Shown here: positions 23,262-36,059 of the stretch, piece after piece
Position numbering within the stretch: position 1 is the stretch's first letter
Layout of the letters: every line of letters begins with the position of its first letter
Source of the DNA: Psammoneis japonica
Taxonomy: Eukaryota
Direction of reading: 5' to 3'
Length of the DNA: 44,536 bases
NCBI GenBank assembly: GCA_008632985.1
Contig: QPGO01000227.1
Span: 62,001 to 106,536 of the forward strand
Made by a program: the position numbers and the translations under genes
The notes under the pieces: model-generated
The model's database searches: none
What the model was told of the DNA's origin: nothing
What the model saw: the letters and a program-made list of their open reading frames with translations, nothing else

Positions 23262-25757
23262 CTAGCCACGTTTTCTTGCTGCAATCTCAGCCAGAAAGCC
23301 CCCAGGTCTGGCAGCCAATGCAGATGCAGCCATACCACGACCTTCAGGCTTCTTGGGTTCTATCGCCTCTTGAGCTCGTTCCACTTTCGCCTTGGCTTCC
23401 TTCACTATCTGATATCTTGTCTTTCGCTTTTTGGAGGGACTTGGGGTTTCAACCCCGAGGGTATCAAGCGTGGTTAGGTTTCGTTCGTGTAGTTCATCCA
23501 GCAGCTCACGTAGTTGACTCATTGACGTCTTTGATCTTCCATCTTTGATGTCTAACTCTCTCATTCGTTGCTCCATAGCCGAAAAGTAATCTTTAGCAAG
23601 GTCACAAACCTCCTCGCAAAGCCCAAGCTCCACTCCACTGCGGATATCCACGTGGTTTGCAGTAGCCTCTTTCGTTCCTGTGAGCTGCATACCTGACCGC
23701 TCCGCAAGCTGCGAAATGGATGACCTCAAGTCATTCAACGAGTCGCTTATATGCATTGTTTCTTTTCGCTTCTCGTCCTCACTCATCATCCCTTTATCCT
23801 TACTCTTGATTCCGTTTTCAATCCAAGTTGTTTGATTTGATTCCATCGTATCCAACACCTCATCCATACTTTCACAGCTGGCACTTGCCAGCGACACTTG
23901 AAGAACACCCTTGTAATGCTTTTTCAAGGCATCCAAACGCTCGGTTGCGCGTTTCTCTCGTGCTAGAGTAGCCGCGTCGCTTGCGGCTCTAGCACCTGCA
24001 TCTTGAGTGGCATCGGGCCTGTGAGCAACCGCGATTTCGTATTCTGCACCATCTGGAAAGCCATAGTCGTCATTGTAGCTATGTTCTTGATCGGCCCGTA
24101 TCGGACACTGCTTTCCAATCATGGGGCACCCGCCTTTGGGATTGTCTCGTGTTGCGTATGGATGATTTTCTGGAGGGCCAAACTGCTCGACGTGGAACTC
24201 GTATTGATTTACAGCTTCCTTTAGATTCGTCCGCATCGTGGACCACCATATCCATTTACGTTCTGTCGTTGGGTCTGACTGCATCGCCTTCCATCTTGAC
24301 CCAACGTCTTTGAGATGCGCATACACGGCCCTCTTTTCTGTCAATGTCATGCCCGTGACACTAATGTTTTCCAGGGTGGAAGGATGCATACGCGCAATAT
24401 GTTCTGGATCAGTGCGTATAAGCTGAAGCACGTTTGTCCTTTTGAAGCGCCTGGCAATTGCCTTGGGTAGCATCTTTCCATTCGGAGTCGGTTGAGAACA
24501 GAGTTGAGCTTCCGTGAGAGACTTGACGTTAACCGGCATGTGTCTTCTCATCTTTTCGAGAGCCTCCATATTCAGTTGTTCATTGTTTCTGTCCCATTCC
24601 ATTTCCTTCTTTTCCTGTTCTTCAATATACTCATCTGTCAATACCAGCGCTGTCGAGTACTTTTCCATTTCTTGCTCGAGTCTAAAGTACTCCTCACGAA
24701 GCTCGGCCTGTTTCTTTTTATCTACGTGTGTCGCTTCACTCGATCCAATCGCTTGCATGCGCTTAGTGATGCTCTCCACCTTTTCCTTGGCCGTGTGGTA
24801 GGGGATATCCTCTGCAATCTGCAAACCTGCTTGTTTGAGCTGCTTTTCTAGTTTCCTTTGTTTCTTTTCCGCCTCTTCCAATTCGTTTAAAAGCTTTTGA
24901 TGCACAGCACTCGTTCGGGGGTCGTCTCGGATGAGCCGAATCGACAATGACTTGCATGATATCATATTACCCTTGGAGTCGGCCAGCCTCCGCACATTGG
25001 ACTGCCGACTAGTTTGCTTGTGATCTGCTAATTTCCGTATGCTGGATGTGATGCTCATTTTCTTGGCCGACTCGAGCTGGGATTGGAGTGATTTGACCTT
25101 GGCATTAAAGACTGTAAAACCGATAAAAAAGGCGGCAATCTCTCGTTCCGACAAATGGCCGCCTTTTACCATTTCATCACGGATATCGTCCATGTACCTT
25201 TGCTCCTCGTCATCGTTTCTTGCGTCCTCAAATTTTTCCAATTCATCAGGATCGGGCAACAAGTCATCCTTCTCGGATAGTGCCTTCAAGCACGGTTTCA
25301 ACGCTCGTTGGACCAAGGTATTGACCCGATCCCATTTTGTCTTGAGACTAGTACTGCTCTTATCATCTTTTTTGCCCGCAGGTTGAATTTTCGGAGGCAT
25401 AGCTTCCGCTTGCTTTCGTGTATCTCTCTTGTTTCGCGGGGCGTTTGGCTTTTCAACAATACTTTGACTTGAGCCTCGAAAGGTGAGTCTTGGGGGAGTA
25501 GTAGTATCACCAGATCGAGGTGATGCGAGGGTAGAATTTGGTTTGAGTGCCGACGCCATTTTATCTTTGGTACCAACGTGTGTTGAAACAGAAACGGACG
25601 AACGTCCCGATGGGCGATTACTTGCCAAACCCACCGAAGGCTTTCGTGATGGCGGCGACGGAGCCTGTAAAGACGGAGGACGAGTCCGAACAGGTGGTGC
25701 CAAGCCACCGCCGTCGTCACCATCATCGACTGCATGTCTCCTCTTACTGCTACTCAT
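23262..25757 (-). CDS. 831-aa coiled-coil protein with Ser/Pro-rich N-terminus and C-terminal WH2-like motif
   Basis: Long intact ORF, charged heptad-like stretches, ends 'RPGGFLAEIAARKRG'. Confidence 0.8.
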   Translation of the reverse strand: MSSSKRRHAVDDGDDGGGLAPPVRTRPPSLQAPSPPSRKPSVGLASNRPSGRSSVSVSTHVGTKDKMASALKPNSTLASPRSGDTTTPPRLTFRGSSQSIVEKPNAPRNKRDTRKQAEAMPPKIQPAGKKDDKSSTSLKTKWDRVNTLVQRALKPCLKALSEKDDLLPDPDELEKFEDARNDDEEQRYMDDIRDEMVKGGHLSEREIAAFFIGFTVFNAKVKSLQSQLESAKKMSITSSIRKLADHKQTSRQSNVRRLADSKGNMISCKSLSIRLIRDDPRTSAVHQKLLNELEEAEKKQRKLEKQLKQAGLQIAEDIPYHTAKEKVESITKRMQAIGSSEATHVDKKKQAELREEYFRLEQEMEKYSTALVLTDEYIEEQEKKEMEWDRNNEQLNMEALEKMRRHMPVNVKSLTEAQLCSQPTPNGKMLPKAIARRFKRTNVLQLIRTDPEHIARMHPSTLENISVTGMTLTEKRAVYAHLKDVGSRWKAMQSDPTTERKWIWWSTMRTNLKEAVNQYEFHVEQFGPPENHPYATRDNPKGGCPMIGKQCPIRADQEHSYNDDYGFPDGAEYEIAVAHRPDATQDAGARAASDAATLAREKRATERLDALKKHYKGVLQVSLASASCESMDEVLDTMESNQTTWIENGIKSKDKGMMSEDEKRKETMHISDSLNDLRSSISQLAERSGMQLTGTKEATANHVDIRSGVELGLCEEVCDLAKDYFSAMEQRMRELDIKDGRSKTSMSQLRELLDELHERNLTTLDTLGVETPSPSKKRKTRYQIVKEAKAKVERAQEAIEPKKPEGRGMAASALAARPGGFLAEIAARKRG

Positions 25758-26068
25758 TCTTCAACAAGTGTTGGTTGGATACAAAACACGCTCAGTCTCA
25801 TGAAGTATGGGTCGTTATGTTGGGGTGAAGTGAAATTTTAGAACAATCCATCACCGCATTGAACCCGCGCACGACCAAAAGATCGCGGATTGCAGATTGC
25901 AATCGCAAAGATTGGTTAAAAATTTTGAGATATCTACGTGATTGTATGTATGTTTAAATTTTGTTTTACAGCTAGCCCTATGTTTTATTTATTCGGACTG
26001 ACGTCAATTTCGGTTCGCCAGAAGAAGTTACTAAATATATATAAATATACGTGTACATAACAAAATGA

Positions 26069-27052
<984 letters not shown>

Positions 27053-27567
27053 AGGCTACTTTAGAATGAATTGCAATTACGACGGATGAAGTGGTAAGTA
27101 AAGACTCGAAAACGCAAATTACATAAGTAGACTAATCACAATAGGATGATTTGAAGAAAGTCCTTACCAAGTTAAAGGAAGCGAGGGGATGAAGGGTCAT
27201 ATTACTTGCTTTGCCTTCATTCGATTCCTTTCCGCTACTATCGTTGGATTTATGCATACACCTCAAGACTGTCGATAAGCCGTCTTTATCCTCATCTGGC
27301 TACATAATCAGCCAACTTGACGAAACCGACGTTAGATGTCTTCAACAGTCTCCAACACGACACTTCGTTCCTCAAATGACACCGGTCCAAACAAAAGGCC
27401 TTATGACTGCTTCTCCATCGTTCGCAATGCGTAGATTGTAGCTTGCAAAGAGTAACTTGGGTTTCTTGAATCAAAATAATTACTGTATAAGGCCTACTAT
27501 ACCTCACTGAGCTCCAATCAAAACTGCTGTTTGAAGTATCCATGTTCTCGAAGTGGATAGCAGAAAC

Positions 27568-28281
27568 CTAATGCCCAAGGCTGGCTTTTGGATCGGTGGC
27601 TACGCACACTACTCCTGCCACGACGAGTAGGACACCCAACCACCCTCTCACAGATAGCTGCTCTCTCAACAAGATTGCACCTAAAACACTTCCAAAAGCG
27701 ACGCTACCACCAATCATGATTGGTATCGATTGAGATGCTTGGACACCCATGCTTGAAATCGTAAAGGACAAAATCTCGGCTGCCCCCACGGCGAGACCAG
27801 CGGCGACGGACCAAAACAGTCCCATGCGACTACAAGTGATGCTCTTTTTACCAGTTAACAGTAGCATGACTGTGCCCAACATTGTCGCTACTAGTTGCAA
27901 TACGACACCTCCCAGTATTGGGTGAATACTCGCGGATCCCAGCTTGATGAAAATATTGTACAAGGCATAAGATAGCGCAGACGCGAGAGCCGGTGTAATC
28001 CAACGCCCCAGAGTAGGCGGCTGATGCTGTCCGTCTCCACCTCGAAGTTTCTCGTGGGAATATTGTCGGCATGTTGCTGTTCTATGAGAGTACTGGGCAT
28101 TTCTAGTCTGCGTGACAACATCACTGCCACCACGGCGCTTTGTCTGGAGCAATACGGGTTGATCATCGTTGCGAGCTATCGATTGATGTACAAAAGATCG
28201 AGGATGCAGCAGGAACGCATAGGCGTTATTGTTCAGATGAAAGGCGCAGAAAAGAGGCAACCAATTGCAAATCAACTTCAT
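27568..28281 (-). CDS. EamA/DMT-family small membrane transporter with probable bipartite plastid targeting peptide
   Basis: N-terminal hydrophobic stretch then 'AYAF'; five TM segments; C-terminal 'LLREQLSVRGWLGVLLVVAGV'. Confidence 0.8.
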   Translation of the reverse strand: MKLICNWLPLFCAFHLNNNAYAFLLHPRSFVHQSIARNDDQPVLLQTKRRGGSDVVTQTRNAQYSHRTATCRQYSHEKLRGGDGQHQPPTLGRWITPALASALSYALYNIFIKLGSASIHPILGGVVLQLVATMLGTVMLLLTGKKSITCSRMGLFWSVAAGLAVGAAEILSFTISSMGVQASQSIPIMIGGSVAFGSVLGAILLREQLSVRGWLGVLLVVAGVVCVATDPKASLGH

Positions 28282-29008
28282 GGTGATAATGCAGGGGAGA
28301 TAGCAGCGCAACGTTAACCTTATAATTGATCTTCCTTGTGCTTCATGCGTTTCGATAGAGGTGAGAGGTGTCATGAACGTCACGGCTGTGTCACGTTCAC
28401 GTGCACTCTGCTAGTTCTGCGCGATGAGTGCATGCGATGAGGCCCCGCACCCAAGGCAGGGGGGGGGGGGGTGGGGGGGATGGGGCGAAGCGCAATGACT
28501 GTGGACAATGTCGCGACGGATTCTGATTCTTGAACCCTCCGACTGACGACAAATGATGGGGAACTGCCCCATCTCTACTCTAGCAGTAGCTAGAGTAGTA
28601 GCTACTTTTCTACTCTCTAGAGCTACTCTAGAGGAATCCACACTCGAGAATCGGCCATAGTGAGCTCTCGCTAGCTAGAGAGCTCTACTCTAGTAGAGGG
28701 TGCACAGTACTTGGTACTCTCTCTAGAGGGCTACGGTACTGTAGAGAGCAATGGAGTAGTGACCAGCAGTCTGTTTCTCTTCCGCCAAATGATGATAAGT
28801 AGTGTAGTCCTACCAGGTATTGCAGCTTCGATCGAAGAGTGTTCCTGTCTTTTAATTTACGCTCCTGCACACCACATTTGTTGAAACTCTCTACCGGTAG
28901 AGTAAGACTGGTCATTCTGTGTAGACTGTAACAATATTCCACTATAGGTTCCATATAGTTATGCGAGTAATCCGTGTAACAATCAAATCCCAGATGTCAC
29001 ACTACGTG

Positions 29009-30371
29009 CTACGACGGCGCGCTATCTTCGCCCTCCGATTCATGCGCCGCAGATGCAGCGGCGGCGGCGGCGGCAGCAGCAGCAGCCTTTGCCCGTATGA
29101 ATTTCTCTACCCCCGCCAAGCTTGGTGGCTTTTCACTTCTCGCTGCCACCGCTGCAGGGTCTCTGGCCTTGCCGTCTCTTCCTGAACACGAGATCATGAC
29201 ACACAAGTCAGGCCTATTCTTCTGAAACAAAGGGTGATGGAAACAATCTGTTCCTGTCCCTGACGTTAGCCTCACAAATCCCCATCGATGAAGCTTGCGT
29301 ACAAATGAAGCATACTTGCAGCCCTTGAATACCTTCTTCAGGACGGTTTCCACAAAGTCTTCTGGATTCACCACCACAAAGCTTTTACCGTCTGGTAGCC
29401 ATGCTACCGCGTCGTCACTTGGAGCTTCCTCAATGGCTTGCATGAGCTTTTCTGGAAATGTCTTGGTGCGCTTCTTGGCGGGGACCTTTTTAGGAGCGGA
29501 TGCTACCGACATCTTTGACCTCTTGTCACCTTTTCTTTTCGAAGGATTTTGGATAGATGACGAATCCTCTCCCATACCACCCATGGCTGCAGGATTGCCG
29601 CCCATTGCTCCGGCCATGAAAGAAGAGGGCAATCCGGAGCCAAGAGATGCATATCTATTTTGTAGCAACGATGCAGCGTCTTGCTGATTGAAATTCTGAC
29701 CAAAGCCTCCACCACCAAAGCTTCCTCCTGGTCGGTTAAAGGACGGCATGCCAGAACCAAATCCCATTCCCATTCCACCTGTTCCCATCCCGGACGCTGC
29801 CAAACCAGCACTGCTCATACCTCCACCAGCACTACCACCTCCAAAACCAGAGCCACCCATGCCTCCACCGGTACCCATTCCTTGCAGAGAACCGGCGCCA
29901 GGACTACGTCCATCGCCTCCGGCTTGATTCGCTGCTACAATGGCTGCATTGAGGATAGACTGTGTTCTCCGTTGGTGGTCCATCATTGCAGGGTTGATCC
30001 CCGCAAGCATAGAGTTTGTATTCATCATGCCTCCGGTTGATCCTAGATTTGGTGACGATGAGGCGAGACCTTGTTGCTGTCTTTGCAGTTGTTCTTGTTG
30101 TCGCAGTATTTCTGCTCGTTGTTGTTGCAGCAATGCATCTGAAAAAAGCAAAAACACGATCAAAAACAAAAACATACCGTAAGAATCAACCATCATACCG
30201 CACTTTATACAACACAGATAAGCTCCAAAATTACACCCGATTCCAATGAACAAGAAGAAAAGACACGATTACTTCATGCTCTGACGCACCGTCATTTCTT
30301 CCTGATTCTTCTTGGGATCCTCCTTCACCTGATGGCCCATCCCCGACCGGAAGCATCTGAGGATAGACCAT
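29009..30371 (-). CDS. HSF-type DNA-binding transcription factor, 2 exons (30371-30290, 30138-29009)
   Basis: HSF domain 'TFPEKLM...AWLPDGKSF...YASFVRKLHRWGF'; GT-AG intron 30139-30289 keeps frame; Gln/Gly-rich N-terminus. Confidence 0.88.
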
Positions 30372-31721
30372 AGTATTATTTCTGCTTAGGTCCACAGCCA
30401 TAGGCGAGATGCTTCGATACGTAAATCAGTGGGTCGCCACTGTTGTTTGTGATGTTCTTGTTCAGAGTAGGTTGCTGTTGGGTCTGATGCCTTTTTAGTT
30501 TTGTCTGGTGTCCCTCCAATTACGCCCAAGAGAGTAACAAAAGGAAACTCAACGAGCACAGCAAAAATTGGGAAGCAACTGCGCATTGGCGATTCGCAAC
30601 GCACGCAAAGCGTTTTCTTAGGAGTGCGGGGTGTCTTAAGCATAAGTGTCTGACTAGATTCACTTATTGTTCGATGACAGAGACATTTTAGTCATGGACA
30701 AGTTTCTCCGACAAAAGATGTGGGGGGCTATTCGATTTTCGACTCTGTACCCTACCTGTTTTGACCTTAATCGTAGAAAGTCATTGCGTGACTGATGGGC
30801 GTCGAAATGAGCTAATCAGAAGGGTAGATGATGAATACCGTATTCGATGCTGGGGCTTATTTTTGCCGTACTGTCCGCGTAGGATTTGAGCCAGCCCTTC
30901 CCGAAAGAAAGTTCTGACAACGTAATAGTCCACGTCATACTATAACGTACGGCGAAGATAATGAATTAGTCCGAAGGGAACTTCGACAAAATTTTACGAT
31001 TAGATTTTATTTAACGACAAGTAGTCATACGAGAACAGAATCGCAGATTTGACGTTTCACCTTTCGTTCATCCCAGCCTATATTGCCCCCAGAAAATAGA
31101 TCTTCCGATGACCATGTCTCTTTTAAATAAAAGACCCAACAGAATTGCATTGAAAAAAGGAAATATATGTCTTTTTTATAGCCTATGTACAAAACAGTCT
31201 AGTACGACAAAGTTACTCGTGCTTTCAGTCACGTTTCGCCAAACGTCGAACTGTGATTCCAAAAATTCAAAAAAATGAGCTGCGAGTGTCGACGAGAGTG
31301 TGAGATCACTATACTACTTCTTTGTTCTCTGCAAAAGTAAAGACTGCGACTATGGTATGAGAAAGACTGCGACTACGAGATTTTGATATCGACCATGTTT
31401 GATTCATTCGAGGAAACTTGGGTCAGTTCGTCTGCAGGCGTGCGTTCGTGACTCTGGTCGCGTGCGTCTGTTTCTGTCTACACAATATGCCCTACGTTAT
31501 TGTGAACGGTGTCGACGGCTCTCTTAGCCACTGATGGTGTCATTTGGTAAAATAAAAGGGAAACATAGCGTAACATTCATAAACTTTTTCGACCTTTCTC
31601 GATGGGTTCGGGTTCGGTTTAGTCCCGCGACCGACGGCATCAGATCGAGGTGTCACGGATGACGTCCGCCAGAAGATACGATTACAGCGAAAGCAATAAG
31701 GCACTGAGAGAACACACCACA

Positions 31722-33269
31722 ATGTCACAGCCTTCCGACAATACAAGCTCGCAGATACAAGAAACAGCACCTTCTACCTACAATAATCGTCGGTGCGGTT
31801 GCTGCCGCAGGCCTCCCTTTGATGGCAACAAGGAAGCGGCTGCCTGGGCCTTAGATTCTTGTGCGACATCCATTGCATTCGTGGGTGCGGGTGCGTTTCT
31901 GGCGCCTGCACTCATCAAGCTAGCCAAAGATGCTGCAGGTTGCGAGACTGAGAAATTGCCGGGAGAGTCAAAGGTTCCCGACTGCGACGAGACGATTCAT
32001 GGATTCAAGCCTTCCTCGCTCGTTACGATTTATGCCACGGTGATTGGTCTTTGCGCTGCGATTGTCATGCCATTCGTTGGTGCTCTCGTGGATTATACTC
32101 CATATCGACGGTTCCTCGGACGTGTCTTGTCATGTTTGTTTTGGTTAACCCTCTTTCCAACCATATTTGTATCCGAAGATACGTGGTTTGAAGTCTCAAT
32201 CATGTTTGGAGTAGCTGGCTTTGTGGGCTGGTTTGAAACCATGGTTCTGTACGCGTACCTTCCGGAATTGACTGACGATGAACAAGTGCTCAACAGGTTC
32301 ACTCGAATGTTTTCTATACTGTCATTCTCTGGCATGGTGGTATACCTAGCAGCGATTGTCGGGATTTCAGCTGGAGTTGGGTATTCAAATGACACGGATA
32401 CACTGGACGACGAAATTGGTACGGCTAGAGTGGGCATGTCGGTAGCCGTTGGAATCAATGCATGCTCCATGTCCATTGCTTGGTTCAAACTCTTTGAAAA
32501 ACGACCATCGGCCCATGAATTACGGGAGGATCAATCCATCTGGACAGCAGGGTTTCGTCAAGTCTATCATACAATTATTACTGTCCGAAAGGACTTTCCG
32601 GCGCTTAAATGGTTCTACTTGGCCATTATGTTTTGCGATGCGGCCACTGGAGCGCTACTTGTTTTGGCAATCACCTTTCTCACCGATCAGTTGGAGTTTA
32701 GTGGAGCCGAGATTGGTGCCATTATGCTGACGTTTCTAGTCGCAAGCATTCCCGGTGGCATTCTTTCAAGCTGCTTTACTACTAGATTTAACCCGATTTG
32801 GAGTTCAATAGCCGCCGTCACTGTGTTGACTATAAACACAGCGCTCGTTGCCGCTATATTGAAGGAACCCGGCCAATACGCTGGAGCATTCATCTTTGCG
32901 ATTGGTTGGGGGGTTGGAAATGGCTGGAAATGGACCGCAGACCGCATGCTCTATGCCGCAATCCTACCGCGTGGTCAGAATGCGGAGCTGTCTGGAGGAT
33001 ATGTCTTTTTTCGTCAAGTCTTGACATGGCTACCGCCATTGGTCTTTACAGTCATGAACGAAAACGACGTGGACATGCGGTGGGGTATGGCCTCGTTGTG
33101 CATCTTTTTCATTTTAGGAATCTACTGCTATGTGCGTGTGGGAAGCTACGATGCTGCCGTGGCTGTAGCGCATGCCGAAGACTCAATGGCCAATCAAGAC
33201 GAAGAAGGGGGTAGCTCTGCAGATATGGAGGACGAAAAGATCTCCGACGAAGCAGCCTCTAGTAGCTAG
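31722..33269 (+). CDS. MFS transporter, UMF1/Atg22-like
   Basis: About 12 hydrophobic segments, 'PFVGALVDYTPYRR', 'AYLPEL'; alternative ATG upstream at 31659. Confidence 0.85.
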   Translation: MSQPSDNTSSQIQETAPSTYNNRRCGCCRRPPFDGNKEAAAWALDSCATSIAFVGAGAFLAPALIKLAKDAAGCETEKLPGESKVPDCDETIHGFKPSSLVTIYATVIGLCAAIVMPFVGALVDYTPYRRFLGRVLSCLFWLTLFPTIFVSEDTWFEVSIMFGVAGFVGWFETMVLYAYLPELTDDEQVLNRFTRMFSILSFSGMVVYLAAIVGISAGVGYSNDTDTLDDEIGTARVGMSVAVGINACSMSIAWFKLFEKRPSAHELREDQSIWTAGFRQVYHTIITVRKDFPALKWFYLAIMFCDAATGALLVLAITFLTDQLEFSGAEIGAIMLTFLVASIPGGILSSCFTTRFNPIWSSIAAVTVLTINTALVAAILKEPGQYAGAFIFAIGWGVGNGWKWTADRMLYAAILPRGQNAELSGGYVFFRQVLTWLPPLVFTVMNENDVDMRWGMASLCIFFILGIYCYVRVGSYDAAVAVAHAEDSMANQDEEGGSSADMEDEKISDEAASSS

Positions 33270-33542
33270 AGATAGTGTGCCCAACAAAAACCTCCGAACC
33301 GAAACAAAATCAACATAGTTATAAAACACGCTAGAGCCCCTCCCCTAGCTAGAAAATAAACTGAAACGAATCCCACTAGAGAGATTCAGAGACTTGTCGA
33401 GTTCTTTGAACTTTGATGACACCAGTGCAAGCTACACGGATACGATATGTCACGTTCACTTGTATGTACGAAGGGATTTTGTTCGTCACCTCTTCGAAGT
33501 GTATATCTTGTCTCGTATGGAATGAAAAGCTCCATATGCCGA

Positions 33543-34328
33543 TTACCATTTTGCATTTTTGTTTTCCAACCCAAATTCTTCCCAACCGTCTGAAATAGCA
33601 AAGTCTCCATAATCCAACAGTAGTTCTTCTCCGGGTTCAATATCTGAAAGGGCAAAGTAATTATGTTGGCAACCTCCCGACAACTTTTCTGCTTGATCGG
33701 AATCGCATCCAATGTTTGGTTCGTCTGCTTCATTCCATGCCGAGTTGATCAATGAGCCTTCATCGATATCCATCGATAATACCCGTCTGTATGAGGCTCG
33801 CCATCATTATCAGAATCCGAAATTTCTTGTACATAGGCCCATTGCATGGCATCACAGGCCAAGTCGGGTCCTATCGACATTAAATAGCGTCGATACTCAT
33901 CGCCCGTGGTGAAACGAGCCGTTTGACGGGTATTCCAAATTAAAGTGGATTTAGCAATGTGTTGATTGGCATAGACACCCCGGCCTTTTTCGTTTTGTTT
34001 CACGACAATTTCGACATGAAAGCCATTGCTGTCGTGCGGAGTGAGGGTTGCGTGAGATTCTCCCACGATTTGTACATAGGAATTACGCAAGTAAATCCAC
34101 GTGTCCAACTCATGAATGGGACGCTGTGATTTGAATACATCGTCACACTCAAAATGTGCCCAAAAATCGTTCAATACCCAATCAGAATAGTCTTCTTCTT
34201 CCTGGCGCTGTACATGTTGGGTCGCTGTCACTGCATTCTTGCGCAACTGTCAAGTAGTAGTGATGAAGACAAGAAGCAAGAACCAACGCAATGAATAACA
34301 AGTGTCGAAACGACGGCAGCATCAACAT
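33543..34328 (-). pseudogene. Signal-peptide SET-domain protein split by two frameshifts (pseudogene or assembly indels)
   Basis: Three consecutive frames: signal 'MLMLPSFRHLLFIALVLASC'; 'KGRGVYANQHIAKS'; 'DEGSLINS...FALSDIEPGEELLLDY'. Confidence 0.7.
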
Positions 34329-34483
34329 TGTGGGGTTGCACCCAGAGTAATAATCAGGAGGCGGCAGCACTTTGAGTTCAGCCGAGTTCGCCCCGGTTGG
34401 AGCAATTCCATGTTTCCGTTGTTTGGCGCAGGGTCGTTTTTTTGGCGGGAGAAGCGGGCATGTCCTCTAGGGTAGCTCTAGCT

Positions 34484-34759
34484 AGTATCTTTTTCCGCAT
34501 GTACAACTTGTACCAATTCTACTGGTGAACTTGGAAGTACCCAGTTTCTGGTATCTTTTTCCGCATGTACAACTTGTACTAATTCTACTAGGGCATATGA
34601 CAGCACCAAGTGTTCCAGTAGCTTTCTACGTATCGTAGAACTATGTACTAATCCTACTAGTGCATAGGACAGTACCAAGTGTCCCAGTGAGACTTCACGT
34701 ACGTACAAAAGATACCAAATCTACACAGCACCAAGTGTCCCAGTGTGACTTCACGTACA
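34484..34759. repeat. Short imperfect tandem repeats
   Basis: 'gtatctttttccgcatgtacaacttgtac' x2; 'accaagtgtcccagtg.gacttcacgtac' x2. Confidence 0.75.
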
Positions 34760-35125
34760 ACAGCAATCTTTCGTGCCGTAGAGTCATTGTTTCATAAATA
34801 CGTAGAAATTATGTAGACCAGCACCAGCAAAAATGTGAAATTGTCTGTCCGTCTACCCTCAGTGAATTTAAATTCTGCGAAAATGGACTTTGCTGCAAAG
34901 TAATCAGGCGCATTTTAGAACAACATGTTTGCAGAAACACGCCTGACCAGCCAGCAGCGATGTCCTTTTTTGCAAAAGTTTTGAGACGATGACAGCTTTG
35001 GCACAAAAGCGTGTGGATTCTGCGGACGTCCATGAGCACTTTGTGCGATTTGCGTCACGGGTCATTTTTGAAAGATTCCCGCTGGGTGCAAAAGGCACCA
35101 AATCCACACAGTCACTGCTGCTGCC

Positions 35126-35515
35126 GATGCGCTCCAGCTCCAGGCGGGACTCCGTGTGACATTTGGCCCGCAGAATTCTGCGTGCGAGCTCCGCAGTGCA
35201 AGAACTCAATTGATGGATGCATTTGTCTTCAACATCAAATGAATGGCCAAGTTTGTGGTGCAATTGTGCCTCTTGCCACTCGACATTTTTGCTGGCACGC
35301 CTGCCCTGCACCACTCTCAAGACATTGTAGAATCGCGCTGCAACAAAAAATGTCAAAAGTTGTTGGACGGATCGTTCAATGAGTGTGCTGTAAAATGACA
35401 CAAAATGTCAAAAAAATCACGCAGAAATCTGCGTGCGCGACATGCGACGTGATTCAAAAAACTGTCGATGTCACAGCTCAGCAGTGCGAGGTCCTGCCTG
35501 GACCTGGAGCACATC
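35126..35515. mobile_element. MITE (390 bp, TSD TGCC), heavily mutated copy of 17093-17482
   Basis: Colinear with the 17093 copy; TGCC at 35122-35125 and 35516-35519. Confidence 0.88.
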
Positions 35516-36059
35516 TGCCAAGTGCTCCAGCATGACTCCACGCATGTAAATTTCAACGTGCACCGGGGTCATTTTTCCACACGATCAAAAGTGCCCATGA
35601 GGTGTTTTTTCAACTGGCTCGTGATTTTGCAATTTTCTTGCACTTTGCCTGTGTCATTTTGCAGCACCTCTGAGCACCCCCAAACACTCTTGTGAGTGTG
35701 TCCAGCCCCCATCAGGGCTGTTGGACCTGTGTGTGAGCTGCACATTTCAACCTTCAAATGCCAGCTGTCGGGCTTGGCTCAGTTGTTGCACTCGACAAAC
35801 CGCTGTTTTTCACCAAAGTTGAGCTGCTCAAGGGAGGCAAGCCATGGCTTTCCAGGAAATGCTGACAACTGGCGTTTGACCAGCTGCGGACATTTCTGCG
35901 GTTTTTGTGCCAAAGATGGATCGTGCATGGCATGGCCACAATCCACAAAAATGCAAGCTCGCACGCAAACAGACCTCATCTGGATGAAGACAGAGCCGCG
36001 GCCAACAACGAGTGAGCAAACAAGTGCTGACGTTGCACTTTGTTGTCCTGCCAAGTTAA

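Noticed and set aside
34484..34759. CRISPR-like repeat array
   Set aside because: Only two copies per unit, irregular spacing, eukaryotic context, no cas genes
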